IMG/VR virus record: IMGVR_UViG_3300047551_001193
Span: 1 to 32,161 of that record
Source: a virus
Taxonomy: Duplodnaviria; Caudoviricetes
Direction: 5' to 3' (one strand)
DNA: 32,161 bases
Below the pieces are notes generated by a model that had not been told where the DNA came from, did no database searches, and saw nothing but the letters and a program-made list of their open reading frames with translations. A program made the translations under genes and the position numbers. Positions 1 to 7,459 of this stretch are shown piece by piece (the stretch's first letter is position 1; every line of letters starts with the position of its first letter).

Positions 1-135
1 TTTGATATTCCGCGATGAATAAGCCATAAACCTAAATATAATCCATTCACGAATCAACCCACCTTTCGGATCGTTCGCTCTCACTCCGTATTTTCTCTCT
101 ATATTATAATTTTTATTTGTGTTTCTCCCTCGTTT
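1..135. repeat. Terminal direct repeat, left copy (circular overlap or DTR)
   Basis: 1-135 matches 32027-32161 except C127 vs T32153. Confidence 0.95.
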
Positions 136-338
136 TCCATGTGTTTTCCCTTTGGAAAATCAAGAATATTTTCTGCATGATTGATTAAAAATTCTAACAA
201 ACGCCTTTTTCCCCCATGACCATAAAAAGCGCTCAAATCATTAAATTTTTGATTCGTCTTGCTATCTAAACAAAAAGTTACAAATTCGCGTTCTTTTGTC
301 TTTACTGATAATGGAATTTCGTTGTATTTCATTTTCAT
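99..338 (-). CDS. Small putative DNA-binding protein (ribbon-helix-helix-like)
   Basis: SD AAGGAGGTG before ATG; FVTFCLD strand followed by two predicted helices; has its own promoter. Confidence 0.55.
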   Translation of the reverse strand: MKMKYNEIPLSVKTKEREFVTFCLDSKTNQKFNDLSAFYGHGGKRRLLEFLINHAENILDFPKGKHMENEGETQIKIII

Positions 339-360
339 CGTATCACCTCCTTACTTTTAG

Positions 361-386
361 ATTATAACATAAATTAAATAATTTAT
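361..386 (-). promoter_or_regulatory. Extended -10 promoter with adjacent palindromic operator
   Basis: Minus strand TGtTATAAT (361-369); inverted repeat ATAAATTA-AA-TAATTTAT (369-386). Confidence 0.6.
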
Positions 387-399
387 ATAGTGGTTAAGT

Positions 400-422
400 A
401 AAAAGCCGGATCGCTCCGGCTT
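400..422 (-). terminator. Intrinsic terminator
   Basis: Minus strand AAGCCGGA-GCGA-TCCGGCTT followed by T-tract. Confidence 0.85.
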
Positions 423-564
423 ACATCATTTTCGACTTACTAGCAATGACGATAGCAAGCATAATACCACGCGCCATATCAGGATGGCTTAATTGTAATG
501 CTTTGTACTCTTGTTCTAATAGTTCAATCAGGTCTGTTATGGCTACTCGTTTAGCGTTATTCAC
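421..564 (-). CDS. Hypothetical protein, 47 aa (not in ORF track)
   Basis: GTG start overlaps the stop of 557..760; MNNAKRVAITDLIELLEQEYKALQLSHPDMARGIMLAIVIASKSKMM; ends at the terminator. Confidence 0.6.
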   Translation of the reverse strand: MNNAKRVAITDLIELLEQEYKALQLSHPDMARGIMLAIVIASKSKMM

Positions 565-760
565 AATCTGCGGTAGGTTGATCTCCGACATTCTCGGATT
601 GCACCTCCGGCACGATTACCTGTAAGCCACCGTTTAATACATTTTGTTTCGCCGCTTCCAGTAACCCAAGCGCTACAATTGGCGATATGTTAGCAGTCGA
701 TTGTGTCTTAATCTGCTCTCCACCTTCGATTTGCTCCAACGTAATAAGTAATTGAATCAT
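557..760 (-). CDS. Hypothetical protein
   Basis: Tightly packed ORF with GGGGA SD. Confidence 0.7.
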   Translation of the reverse strand: MIQLLITLEQIEGGEQIKTQSTANISPIVALGLLEAAKQNVLNGGLQVIVPEVQSENVGDQPTADCE

Positions 761-763
761 GTT

Positions 764-1120
764 CTATTCCCCCAGCTTCGCTAGAATTGTTTTGACTTCT
801 TGCACCGCGTCATAGAGTGCCGCAACGTAACCGCTATTATAAAAAGCATTATCGCGGTTATTTGGCGTTATTCCCGATATTTTAACAATTACATCTAACA
901 ATATGTCAATTTGAATATCTTTGGTGATTAAATAAGGAATATCTCGCGCCTGTTGCTTTAGCTTTTCCAAGTAAATCATCATATCCGCCGCTTCTTCCTG
1001 AGTGTGCAATATCCACTGTTCCAAACTCAAATCCGCTTTATCTATTCCGATACCGTACTTGCTTATCCCTTTATGTTGCTGGTTGTCGATGATTTGTTTC
1101 ACGTTATCCACTACCGCCAT
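764..1120 (-). CDS. Phage protein with MazG-like/dNTP pyrophosphohydrolase-like helical motif
   Basis: GISKYG...L..WILHTQEEAADMMIY acidic EExxD motif; SD AGGAGGTG. Confidence 0.5.
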   Translation of the reverse strand: MAVVDNVKQIIDNQQHKGISKYGIGIDKADLSLEQWILHTQEEAADMMIYLEKLKQQARDIPYLITKDIQIDILLDVIVKISGITPNNRDNAFYNSGYVAALYDAVQEVKTILAKLGE

Positions 1121-1131
1121 TTTTTCACCTC

Positions 1132-1635
1132 CTATTGTGGCATCCGATTTTTATTAGCAGTTACAAGATATGATCCATCATTAAACATGATTTCAGCTTG
1201 CAAATTTGTTTCCATATAGACGGAAGTCGCCATTTCTGAACGTTGCTTCTGCATTGTACATACTCGGTTATTGCACTCTTGGGTCATATCAAAATTGGCA
1301 ACGCGCCCGAAACCGTTTAAGCCTATTAAACCATAAGCACGCGTTTGGTGAATAATTTTTATTCCCTTAAAGACGGATCGCGATGGCTTGTCTGATTTCA
1401 CGCCAACACTTACATTCGCAGATGAAGCGACATACAAGAGTGCCCTTTGCTCCATCCCCATCCCGATCATCTGCACAGTATAACCGTTTGGAAGGTAGCT
1501 GGTTTGATTGAATCCGACATTGTATGTAGCTGTCACCGCCTGTGCACCATTAGGATTGATTGCTAAGGCGCTTCCGATCATGGCGGCGCTAAATGTTAAA
1601 AGTGTTGCACAAATGCCGATAACTTTTCGTTTCAT
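1132..1635 (-). CDS. Putative secreted/surface protein with Sec signal peptide
   Basis: MKRK + hydrophobic core + ALA / AQA cleavage-like sites; SD GGAGGT. Confidence 0.65.
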   Translation of the reverse strand: MKRKVIGICATLLTFSAAMIGSALAINPNGAQAVTATYNVGFNQTSYLPNGYTVQMIGMGMEQRALLYVASSANVSVGVKSDKPSRSVFKGIKIIHQTRAYGLIGLNGFGRVANFDMTQECNNRVCTMQKQRSEMATSVYMETNLQAEIMFNDGSYLVTANKNRMPQ

Positions 1636-1648
1636 CTTGATACCTCCA

Positions 1649-1912
1649 TTAGTTTTTGATTTCGTCTTGCAATCTTTTTAACTCGATTTCAAAGGCTTCT
1701 CGGATCATGCTCGCGCGTTTATCTCCTATTCCCGAAACAGTCCTAGCGACCTTCTCGAACATATTCGAAGCGGCGGAAAATCCAATTAGAATCCCTTCGT
1801 CTAGTGCTCGTCCAATTTTTTGGTGTTCGACTAATTTTGAAGCGTCCGCAGGAACGAACGAACGCTTCACCACCTCATTTTGTTTTAATCTCCGGCGCGT
1901 TTCCCTATTCAT
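1649..1912 (-). CDS. Hypothetical protein
   Basis: ATGA overlap with upstream gene; MNRETRRR start typical of small phage proteins. Confidence 0.7.
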   Translation of the reverse strand: MNRETRRRLKQNEVVKRSFVPADASKLVEHQKIGRALDEGILIGFSAASNMFEKVARTVSGIGDKRASMIREAFEIELKRLQDEIKN

Positions 1913-2415
1913 TTAATCACCAGCGTTCGGGATTGCACCAGTGTGCATCCTGCTACTTCTCCATTTGCTTTCAATATTTCCGCGATTGCTTTTTTATCCG
2001 GTGCGGTTTCAATCTTTGTGCGAATGTATTCGGCAGGGATTAAAGTTTCATCAAGGACATGAACCGATGGTGCATTTTTTTTAATCGTGAAGCTATAACG
2101 CAACGTTTTGAATTTTTCTTTGTTAGCTAATTCTAAGGCACTAAAAAGGTATTGCTTGAGGCTATCGTGTTGTTTCCCGATCATGCTGGCACGTTCATTT
2201 AGTCGCTTTGCTTCGGCTTCCAGCGCTTGTTGTGTTGCTTTCAATTCGGATAACACTAACGCGATATTTTCCGCTTTTGTTTCCAACGCTTCCTCGATTG
2301 CGTCCAGTGTGTCCTTTATCATTTCAGCATCTAACGCGTCCGTTTCTCCTGTTTGTGCCGATTCCAACATATCCACAAGCTGTGTATATTGTGTTGACAA
2401 TTCAAACAATTTCAT
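1909..2415 (-). CDS. Siphovirus Gp157 family protein
   Basis: MKLFELSTQY...DTLDAIE...KAENIA...PDKKAIAEILK...G..L family pattern. Confidence 0.9.
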   Translation of the reverse strand: MKLFELSTQYTQLVDMLESAQTGETDALDAEMIKDTLDAIEEALETKAENIALVLSELKATQQALEAEAKRLNERASMIGKQHDSLKQYLFSALELANKEKFKTLRYSFTIKKNAPSVHVLDETLIPAEYIRTKIETAPDKKAIAEILKANGEVAGCTLVQSRTLVIK

Positions 2416-2416
2416 A

Positions 2417-2444
2417 TTGTCACGCTCCTAGAATTTGTTATAAT
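2417..2444 (+). promoter_or_regulatory. Antisense sigma-A promoter
   Basis: TTGTCA-16 nt-TATAAT with TG extension, on the + strand. Confidence 0.6.
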
Positions 2445-2450
2445 AGAAAA

Positions 2451-2505
2451 TGAACAATTGCAAAATACCGATGATTGCACCTTCAACCGTCCCGAAGGTG
2501 TTTTT
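2451..2505 (+). ncRNA. Putative ~55 nt antisense small RNA
   Basis: Lies between the + strand promoter and a + strand terminator; no ORF. Confidence 0.45.
2477..2505 (+). terminator. Plus-strand intrinsic terminator
   Basis: CACCTTC-AACCGTCCC-GAAGGTG-TTTTT; T-tract only in + orientation. Confidence 0.7.
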
Positions 2506-2511
2506 GTCGTT

Positions 2512-2832
2512 CTAGTCCATGTTGCGGTAGAGTGATTGCAAGGCGCTGATTTGCACCTTGATGATCTCTACTGCTTCCAATGTTGCGCGAAAACGTGATT
2601 CTGCAAAGTCCCTCTGAAACTTTTCATTTGCGCACGATCCACGTGCGACATCTCCCACAATTGCAACTGGTTGACCTTCCGCCCGAAGTCGTAGTATCTC
2701 TTTTGCTAAGTCCATGCGATACACCCTTTCGCTTTCAGCCTTTTCTTTGGCTTGCTTGTATAGGTATCGTTGTGCTTCGTCTAGTCGTGTGATTAGCGCT
2801 TCAATCCGTTCGGCGTAGCTGACCTGATCCAT
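2512..2832 (-). CDS. Helical phage protein of unknown function
   Basis: Coupled to ssb (TAATG overlap); coiled-coil-like sequence. Confidence 0.75.
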   Translation of the reverse strand: MDQVSYAERIEALITRLDEAQRYLYKQAKEKAESERVYRMDLAKEILRLRAEGQPVAIVGDVARGSCANEKFQRDFAESRFRATLEAVEIIKVQISALQSLYRNMD

Positions 2833-3197
2833 TAGAATGGCAGGTCAACGTCCGGCAACGGTGCATAGTCTACCGATTCGGATTCGTTTTTGTCCTTGAA
2901 AGATAATAGCTTAAATTCCTTGACGCGGATTTCGATTGCATATTGCTTTTTGCCATCTTTCTCCCAACTTCTTTGAATCAAGTTCCCACTAACCGCGATT
3001 TTTTGACCTTTGAACGTAATTCCGACAACGGTTTCTGCCACTTTATCGAACCATTTAAGATTGAAAAAGTATGTTTTCTTTTTGTCGCCCCATCCATCAT
3101 CGACTGCGATGCTATTTGTCAGCACCGCCACGCCTGTCGGAGTGTACATCAGTTCCGGTTCTTTGGTCAAATGACCGATTAAGTTCACGTTATTCAT
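2832..3197 (-). CDS. ssb: Single-stranded DNA-binding protein
   Basis: MNNVNLIGHLTKEPEL...KG..IAVSG...C-terminal DLPF. Confidence 0.95.
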   Translation of the reverse strand: MNNVNLIGHLTKEPELMYTPTGVAVLTNSIAVDDGWGDKKKTYFFNLKWFDKVAETVVGITFKGQKIAVSGNLIQRSWEKDGKKQYAIEIRVKEFKLLSFKDKNESESVDYAPLPDVDLPF

Positions 3198-3828
3198 TCG
3201 GTTGTTCCTCTGCTTTCGCTTGTTTTTGTTTGATCTTGTCTGTCAGCGCCGCTTCAATCTGCGCCCATGTCATTCCTTTGTTCCGTAACTTTTTTATGCC
3301 TTCCTCGTACCCATCAAGATTTCCGGCTAGTAGCGCCCATTTGCTTTTAATCGCCGGATCGTTACTGCGGTCTGATTCTCTTTCCGCTTCTTTTGTCTTT
3401 TCTTCGGATTCTGTGGTGGATTCTGCACCGTCCGGCAGGTCTTCCCCTGCGTAAATATATAATCCTAGTCCATGCAAACTTATTGCCTTTACTAAGCAAC
3501 GTTGAATCGAAGTATTAATTTGAAAAGAAGTTGGTTTCGCAATTGGTCTATTGTTGTTGTCTAGCACAGGATGAATCTGCGAACGTGTAACACCATTTAC
3601 CGTAACCGCTACTTTTACAAAAAAACCTAGCGGCGTTTCATTGTACGGCAGTCCGTTGTATTCGATTATTTCCCATGTTGCGTTCGGATGGCGTTTTAAC
3701 AATTCTGCTACTGCATACGCCCATGACAGATAATTGAATTGCCCTTTTTTCTCAACGTGTTTATTGACGTTGATTGCATTAAGTTCCGTAAAATAATTCG
3801 TTTCTGTTACTTTTTTCTCGTTATCCAT
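3190..3828 (-). CDS. sak: Sak (DUF1071, Rad52-like) single-strand annealing protein
   Basis: YLSWAYA, PVLD.NN, INTSIQRCLVKAISLHGLGLYIYAGEDLP; start moved to MDNEKK after a GGGGA SD. Confidence 0.9.
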   Translation of the reverse strand: MDNEKKVTETNYFTELNAINVNKHVEKKGQFNYLSWAYAVAELLKRHPNATWEIIEYNGLPYNETPLGFFVKVAVTVNGVTRSQIHPVLDNNNRPIAKPTSFQINTSIQRCLVKAISLHGLGLYIYAGEDLPDGAESTTESEEKTKEAERESDRSNDPAIKSKWALLAGNLDGYEEGIKKLRNKGMTWAQIEAALTDKIKQKQAKAEEQPNE

Positions 3829-3841
3829 TTCCCCGACACCT

Positions 3842-4123
3842 CTAGAATAAATTTTGTGGATCAAACTCTATACCCAAACTGCGCATGGCTTGTTTGACGC
3901 TTAAAAGCGAAACGTGCTGTAACGCTTGAAATGCCTGTCTAACGCGTTCCGTCGGGTCAATGCTATATCCTATTGCATCGGATATATCAAAACCCATACG
4001 CAGACTTACGGAGTGACCATTTTCAGCGCGCGTGATTGCGTGTGTGGTGCAACCGATCTTTTTTGCCAGTTCTTCCTGTGTGAATCGCTTTTTGCGTAAC
4101 TCTTGCAACTTTGCCCTAACCAT
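3842..4123 (-). CDS. XRE/Cro-family HTH regulator
   Basis: LQELRKKRFTQEELAKKIGCTTHAITRAENG. Confidence 0.85.
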   Translation of the reverse strand: MVRAKLQELRKKRFTQEELAKKIGCTTHAITRAENGHSVSLRMGFDISDAIGYSIDPTERVRQAFQALQHVSLLSVKQAMRSLGIEFDPQNLF

Positions 4124-4126
4124 GTG

Positions 4127-4249
4127 TTACCACCTCTCGATTATGCCAACCATCACCATACTTCCTAAAATCACTAGATGGAATATGATGCTTGCTCGCC
4201 AGTCAGCTTTTGTCATTTGTTTCATATCGTCAATCAATTCGCGGATCAT
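4127..4249 (-). CDS. 40-aa single-TM peptide (not in ORF track)
   Basis: SD GGAGGTG; MIRELIDDMKQMTKADWRASIIFHLVILGSMVMVGIIERW. Confidence 0.7.
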   Translation of the reverse strand: MIRELIDDMKQMTKADWRASIIFHLVILGSMVMVGIIERW

Positions 4250-4293
4250 AAATTCACCTCCCCCGATAACAAGAATAAGCGCCTTACCATTAC

Positions 4294-4322
4294 ATTATAT
4301 TATAATTACTTGTAATCGTAAA
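4294..4322 (-). promoter_or_regulatory. Early sigma-A promoter P2
   Basis: TTTACG-attacaagtaattataa (17 nt)-TATAAT. Confidence 0.8.
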
Positions 4323-4338
4323 GCGCTTTTGATGATTT

Positions 4339-4560
4339 TTAACCCTTTAATCCGATATCAATGACTTTCGTTTGTGTATTAAGCAGGTCAGTTTCATCTA
4401 TAACCGCCAGTTCATATTCTTCTTTGCTGTTTAAGATGATGCTAGATAGCGCTGGGAGAAAATCAAATTTTACCTGCTGACCGTTTTCCACAAAAAGCCT
4501 GCCCTCTTTCATTCTGAATGACATTCTAAACCCTGTTTTGTTTCTGATTCGATAAATCAC
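4339..4560 (-). CDS. Hypothetical early protein
   Basis: GTGA overlap with upstream ORF. Confidence 0.65.
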   Translation of the reverse strand: MIYRIRNKTGFRMSFRMKEGRLFVENGQQVKFDFLPALSSIILNSKEEYELAVIDETDLLNTQTKVIDIGLKG

Positions 4561-4922
4561 ATGATCCGCTTCCCTTCTAGATTTTTTGAAACTTCTTCGA
4601 ATCGACCGATTGCAGAATCAATTCCATGCAGATAGGCTTGCAGGTACACCAGATTTTTTTCGTGAACGATTTCCGCATTTTCGCGGAACATCATGACATA
4701 ATCCATAAAGTCCTTATAAAATTCATCAAATGGCTTTTGATTAATGATCGTGTGATAAATTGCGTACAATTCCGGCAACAATTTTGTAATGGTAAGCCAT
4801 TCGGATCGCATCACTTCATATTCGATTGAATGTAAATCGGTTTTTATTTCAAAATACATTTTATCGTACAAATATTCCCTGCGTGACTCATACTTATCAA
4901 TTAATTCTTTTATCATTTGCAT
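4557..4922 (-). CDS. Hypothetical early protein
   Basis: SD GGAGGTG; two similar helical halves. Confidence 0.7.
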   Translation of the reverse strand: MQMIKELIDKYESRREYLYDKMYFEIKTDLHSIEYEVMRSEWLTITKLLPELYAIYHTIINQKPFDEFYKDFMDYVMMFRENAEIVHEKNLVYLQAYLHGIDSAIGRFEEVSKNLEGKRIM

Positions 4923-4925
4923 TTC

Positions 4926-5159
4926 TTACACCTCCAGCACTCGAAAGAATAATCCAACGTGGACAACTTCGCCATCGGCATCTTCCTCATACGCTTCTAG
5001 CCATGTTGTATCATCTTCTTCGACCCATCGACCATCGCGCAAATCTCGAAGCCATACACCGTTCGATAGTATAATGTGTGTTGAACCTTCGAATCGGCGG
5101 ATCGTTTCGCCATCTTCCTCTTTGACTTCTAATTCTTTCGATCCGGTGAAAATTTTCAT
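4926..5159 (-). CDS. Acidic hypothetical early protein
   Basis: SD AAAGGGAG within the 29-bp repeat. Confidence 0.7.
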   Translation of the reverse strand: MKIFTGSKELEVKEEDGETIRRFEGSTHIILSNGVWLRDLRDGRWVEEDDTTWLEAYEEDADGEVVHVGLFFRVLEV

Positions 5160-5166
5160 AACGATT

Positions 5167-5195
5167 CTCCCTTTGCGCTATGCGCGTTTCGTTTG
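5167..5195 (-). repeat. 29-bp leader repeat, copy 2
   Basis: CAAACGAAACGCGCATAGCGCAAAGGGAG, identical to 5509-5537. Confidence 0.95.
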
Positions 5196-5254
5196 AAGCG
5201 TTTGGCGCTTCATCGGGCACTCGATTTTCGAATGCCCTGTGAAGGGTCAAAGAC

Positions 5255-5500
5255 TTAATCTCTAAATTCAACGCATTTTACTTTGCAAATGCCATCTTTT
5301 TGAGTGTAACCAATCACAAAATTCGGTGCATATTGTGAAGCGGCGTATGCTCTAACCTCATTTTTGACGCTAAAATCAGTTATAATTTCGGTTATTCCTC
5401 TATAATTGTAATCTTCGAACGCTATAATTATTTCGTTTTTTAATTCGCTTTCCTCGCATTGAATCGCTTGTAAGTTTTTAATAATTTGTTCGTGTGTCAT
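5255..5500 (-). CDS. Hypothetical protein, first early gene
   Basis: Follows promoter P1 and the repeat-borne SD. Confidence 0.75.
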   Translation of the reverse strand: MTHEQIIKNLQAIQCEESELKNEIIIAFEDYNYRGITEIITDFSVKNEVRAYAASQYAPNFVIGYTQKDGICKVKCVEFRD

Positions 5501-5508
5501 GGTATCGG

Positions 5509-5537
5509 CTCCCTTTGCGCTATGCGCGTTTCGTTTG
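5509..5537 (-). repeat. 29-bp leader repeat, copy 1
   Basis: Identical to 5167-5195. Confidence 0.95.
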
Positions 5538-5555
5538 TGTCTTGCTTACATTCTT

Positions 5556-5584
5556 ATTATATTACAACTACTTGTAATTGTAAA
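5556..5584 (-). promoter_or_regulatory. Early sigma-A promoter P1 with palindromic spacer
   Basis: TTTACA-attacaagtagttgtaa (17 nt)-TATAAT; ATTACAA-GTAG-TTGTAAT palindrome. Confidence 0.85.
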
Positions 5585-5595
5585 GTGTATTATAT

Positions 5596-5619
5596 AAAAA
5601 AACCGCCATCTAGACGGTT
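5596..5619 (-). terminator. Terminator ending the late/lysis operon
   Basis: AACCGTC-TAGAT-GGCGGTT followed by T-tract, right after the holin stop. Confidence 0.8.
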
Positions 5620-5860
5620 ATTTTTTAAGCGTGTTTTTCACTCCCGAATGCGCGCCAATCGCTGACAACCCCAAGCCGCCACCAATAATAATCGTCTGAA
5701 TCGGATCCCAGTAGGTCAAAAATCCGCCGATGATGAACCCTGCGCCGATTGCCAAAATGGGAATGTATCGCGAATTGAATCCGGCTTGTTTAAGCGCTGC
5801 CAATAAGCCAATCAAAACTGGGACGATAGTAATATATCGCGGATCTACTATGATTTCCAT
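5618..5860 (-). CDS. Holin
   Basis: 2-3 TM segments, RYIPIL...GLSAIGAHSGVKN, basic C-terminus, next to the endolysin. Confidence 0.85.
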   Translation of the reverse strand: MEIIVDPRYITIVPVLIGLLAALKQAGFNSRYIPILAIGAGFIIGGFLTYWDPIQTIIIGGGLGLSAIGAHSGVKNTLKK

Positions 5861-5861
5861 A

Positions 5862-6617
5862 TCAAATCACCTTCGCCCTTTGTAGCACAACTAGTAGCCT
5901 ATAGAAGTCTTTGCTGCCTGTGTCCGCATTACTCAATAAGCCACGTTTTACCGCCGATTCCGCCGCTTGTTTTGCCCAATCAGGGCATGGCATATTATAT
6001 GCTTTTTCTAATGTATCTATACGTTTCAAAATATCTTGCATAATCGGGTCATCTCCATATCTGCACAACTCTAGTTCAAATGCGACATCGTCTAGCAAGT
6101 CATCCATCGTTTTCCCGATTGTTTTCAAGGCGTTTACTGGATCAGTCTTGCGCTTCGGGTCTAATTCATAATGCCCGACAATATGCAATCGCGGCTCTAG
6201 TCCGTACACTTCACACAACCAAGCCAACGTCCAAACATATCGCGCATAACTATCGCGTGTATTTATCGGATCGCCATAACACAATTCAACTCCGATTGAC
6301 GCGTCATTCGCTTCCGTTCCGAATCGGTCATTGTCTACTGTTCCGGCATCATAGCGAACGTGCCATGCTTTCTCCGCCTTGTTGAAAGCTGGAATACACT
6401 CGATGATTTCGTAATGATCAACGAATAAATGCGCAGAAGCGCTCATTTCGTTTGCCGATTTTTCATAGTACATGACATTTGCGCGTGCCGATGATCCGGC
6501 ATTTCCTGTGTCATGGGCAACGATGAATTTGATCTTGTTTGCCAGTAATCCGCTTCGCCTTTTCGTGCCGGATGAAAGGAACAATTGCTTGATTTGGTAT
6601 TTCATTTTGAAAGCCAT
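5862..6617 (-). CDS. Endolysin, N-acetylmuramoyl-L-alanine amidase (Amidase_2) with short C-terminal wall-binding domain
   Basis: IVAHDTGN, SAHLFVD, AWHV, SIGVELC, IVGHYELDP.RKTDP; PDWAKQA C-terminal motif; start MAFKMKY after GAGGGGG SD. Confidence 0.9.
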   Translation of the reverse strand: MAFKMKYQIKQLFLSSGTKRRSGLLANKIKFIVAHDTGNAGSSARANVMYYEKSANEMSASAHLFVDHYEIIECIPAFNKAEKAWHVRYDAGTVDNDRFGTEANDASIGVELCYGDPINTRDSYARYVWTLAWLCEVYGLEPRLHIVGHYELDPKRKTDPVNALKTIGKTMDDLLDDVAFELELCRYGDDPIMQDILKRIDTLEKAYNMPCPDWAKQAAESAVKRGLLSNADTGSKDFYRLLVVLQRAKVI

Positions 6618-6628
6618 CGGGAACCCCC

Positions 6629-6814
6629 TCACATGACTTTGATAATGTACATTATAGCGCCGGTGATAAATGTACCGAATACAGCGCGCCATAACCAACG
6701 CTGATTATCCTCTAAGTCGGTTATGCGCTTGTCTTTTGATGGATCATTCAGCATCATATCGAGTTTGGTTTCAAGTCGAACAAGTCTTTGCAAGACTTCC
6801 GAATCATGATCCAT
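6629..6814 (-). CDS. XhlA-family (hemolysin/holin-like) protein
   Basis: RLVRLETKLD...RITDLEDNQRWLWRAVFG + TM segment. Confidence 0.85.
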   Translation of the reverse strand: MDHDSEVLQRLVRLETKLDMMLNDPSKDKRITDLEDNQRWLWRAVFGTFITGAIMYIIKVM

Positions 6815-6817
6815 AGG

Positions 6818-7135
6818 TTACACCTCTAGATTATAATAGACAGCAGTTTGCAAATTATATAACGATGCACTTGCAAAATAACCGAATTCAATTTTAACAG
6901 AAGTATTAAACCTGCAATTCGCTTGAATCGTTCCATTTGCAAAAGTGTTAGAGTATGCAACTCCATCCACCGTAAATCGAATTGTGTCACTTCCGCTTGT
7001 AACTAATGTATTAATCGTTCCGCTTCCTGTAATATCTAGAAGTGTATAATAGGTGTTTCCGCTAGCGCTAGCGTTATTATAAAAAGCTGTCAACGGTCTG
7101 CTCGCTCTTAATTCGGGTACGCGATTAAAAGGCAT
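6818..7135 (-). CDS. Small beta-rich tail tip/fibre-associated protein
   Basis: SD GAGGAGGT; position at the end of the tail module; beta-sandwich-like composition. Confidence 0.55.
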   Translation of the reverse strand: MPFNRVPELRASRPLTAFYNNASASGNTYYTLLDITGSGTINTLVTSGSDTIRFTVDGVAYSNTFANGTIQANCRFNTSVKIEFGYFASASLYNLQTAVYYNLEV

Positions 7136-7138
7136 TTG

Positions 7139-7459
7139 TTACACCTCCTCGATTCCGAATACGGTGCAAATGATATCGGTGCCAGTGTCTTGCTTCGCCG
7201 CGAAAATGGTGCTAGGTGGAATAACGATTTTTGATTCGCTCAAAATTTGTGTAGCTGTTCCGGCTACCGCTAACCCGACAACAATGGTATTCGTTGTGGC
7301 TGTTCCGTTGACGTACAATGTCAGCGTTCGGCTTGCTGTTCCGGTGTTTGCAAAATAAACTTCTGTTATCTGTGCTGTTGTGCTTGCTGGCGCTGTATAT
7401 ACTGCGGCGGCTGTTGTGCCCAACGCGGTCTGCGCTAATCGTTTCGCGTATCGTGCCAT
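7139..7459 (-). CDS. Small Thr/Ala-rich virion protein
   Basis: VYTAPASTTAQITEVYFANT...FGIE pattern of small phage beta-sandwich proteins. Confidence 0.6.
   Translation of the reverse strand: MARYAKRLAQTALGTTAAAVYTAPASTTAQITEVYFANTGTASRTLTLYVNGTATTNTIVVGLAVAGTATQILSESKIVIPPSTIFAAKQDTGTDIICTVFGIEEV

Noticed and set aside
1132-1635. Arbitrium AimP-like signalling peptide
   Set aside because: Too long (167 aa), no TPR receptor gene, no lysogeny module
2421-2429. AGGAGCGTG shared by the gp157 and GT (20355-20363) ribosome-binding sites
   Set aside because: Explicable as a common SD variant; too short to imply shared control
5011-5271. Minus-strand ORF of 86 aa; likewise 8427..8696, 17751..17966, 29344..29577 and 31871..32110
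   Set aside because: Alternative frames overlapping better-supported genes
5167-5537. 29-bp repeat as a mini-CRISPR array
   Set aside because: Only two copies 342 bp apart, enclosing a gene and containing the SD; no cas genes
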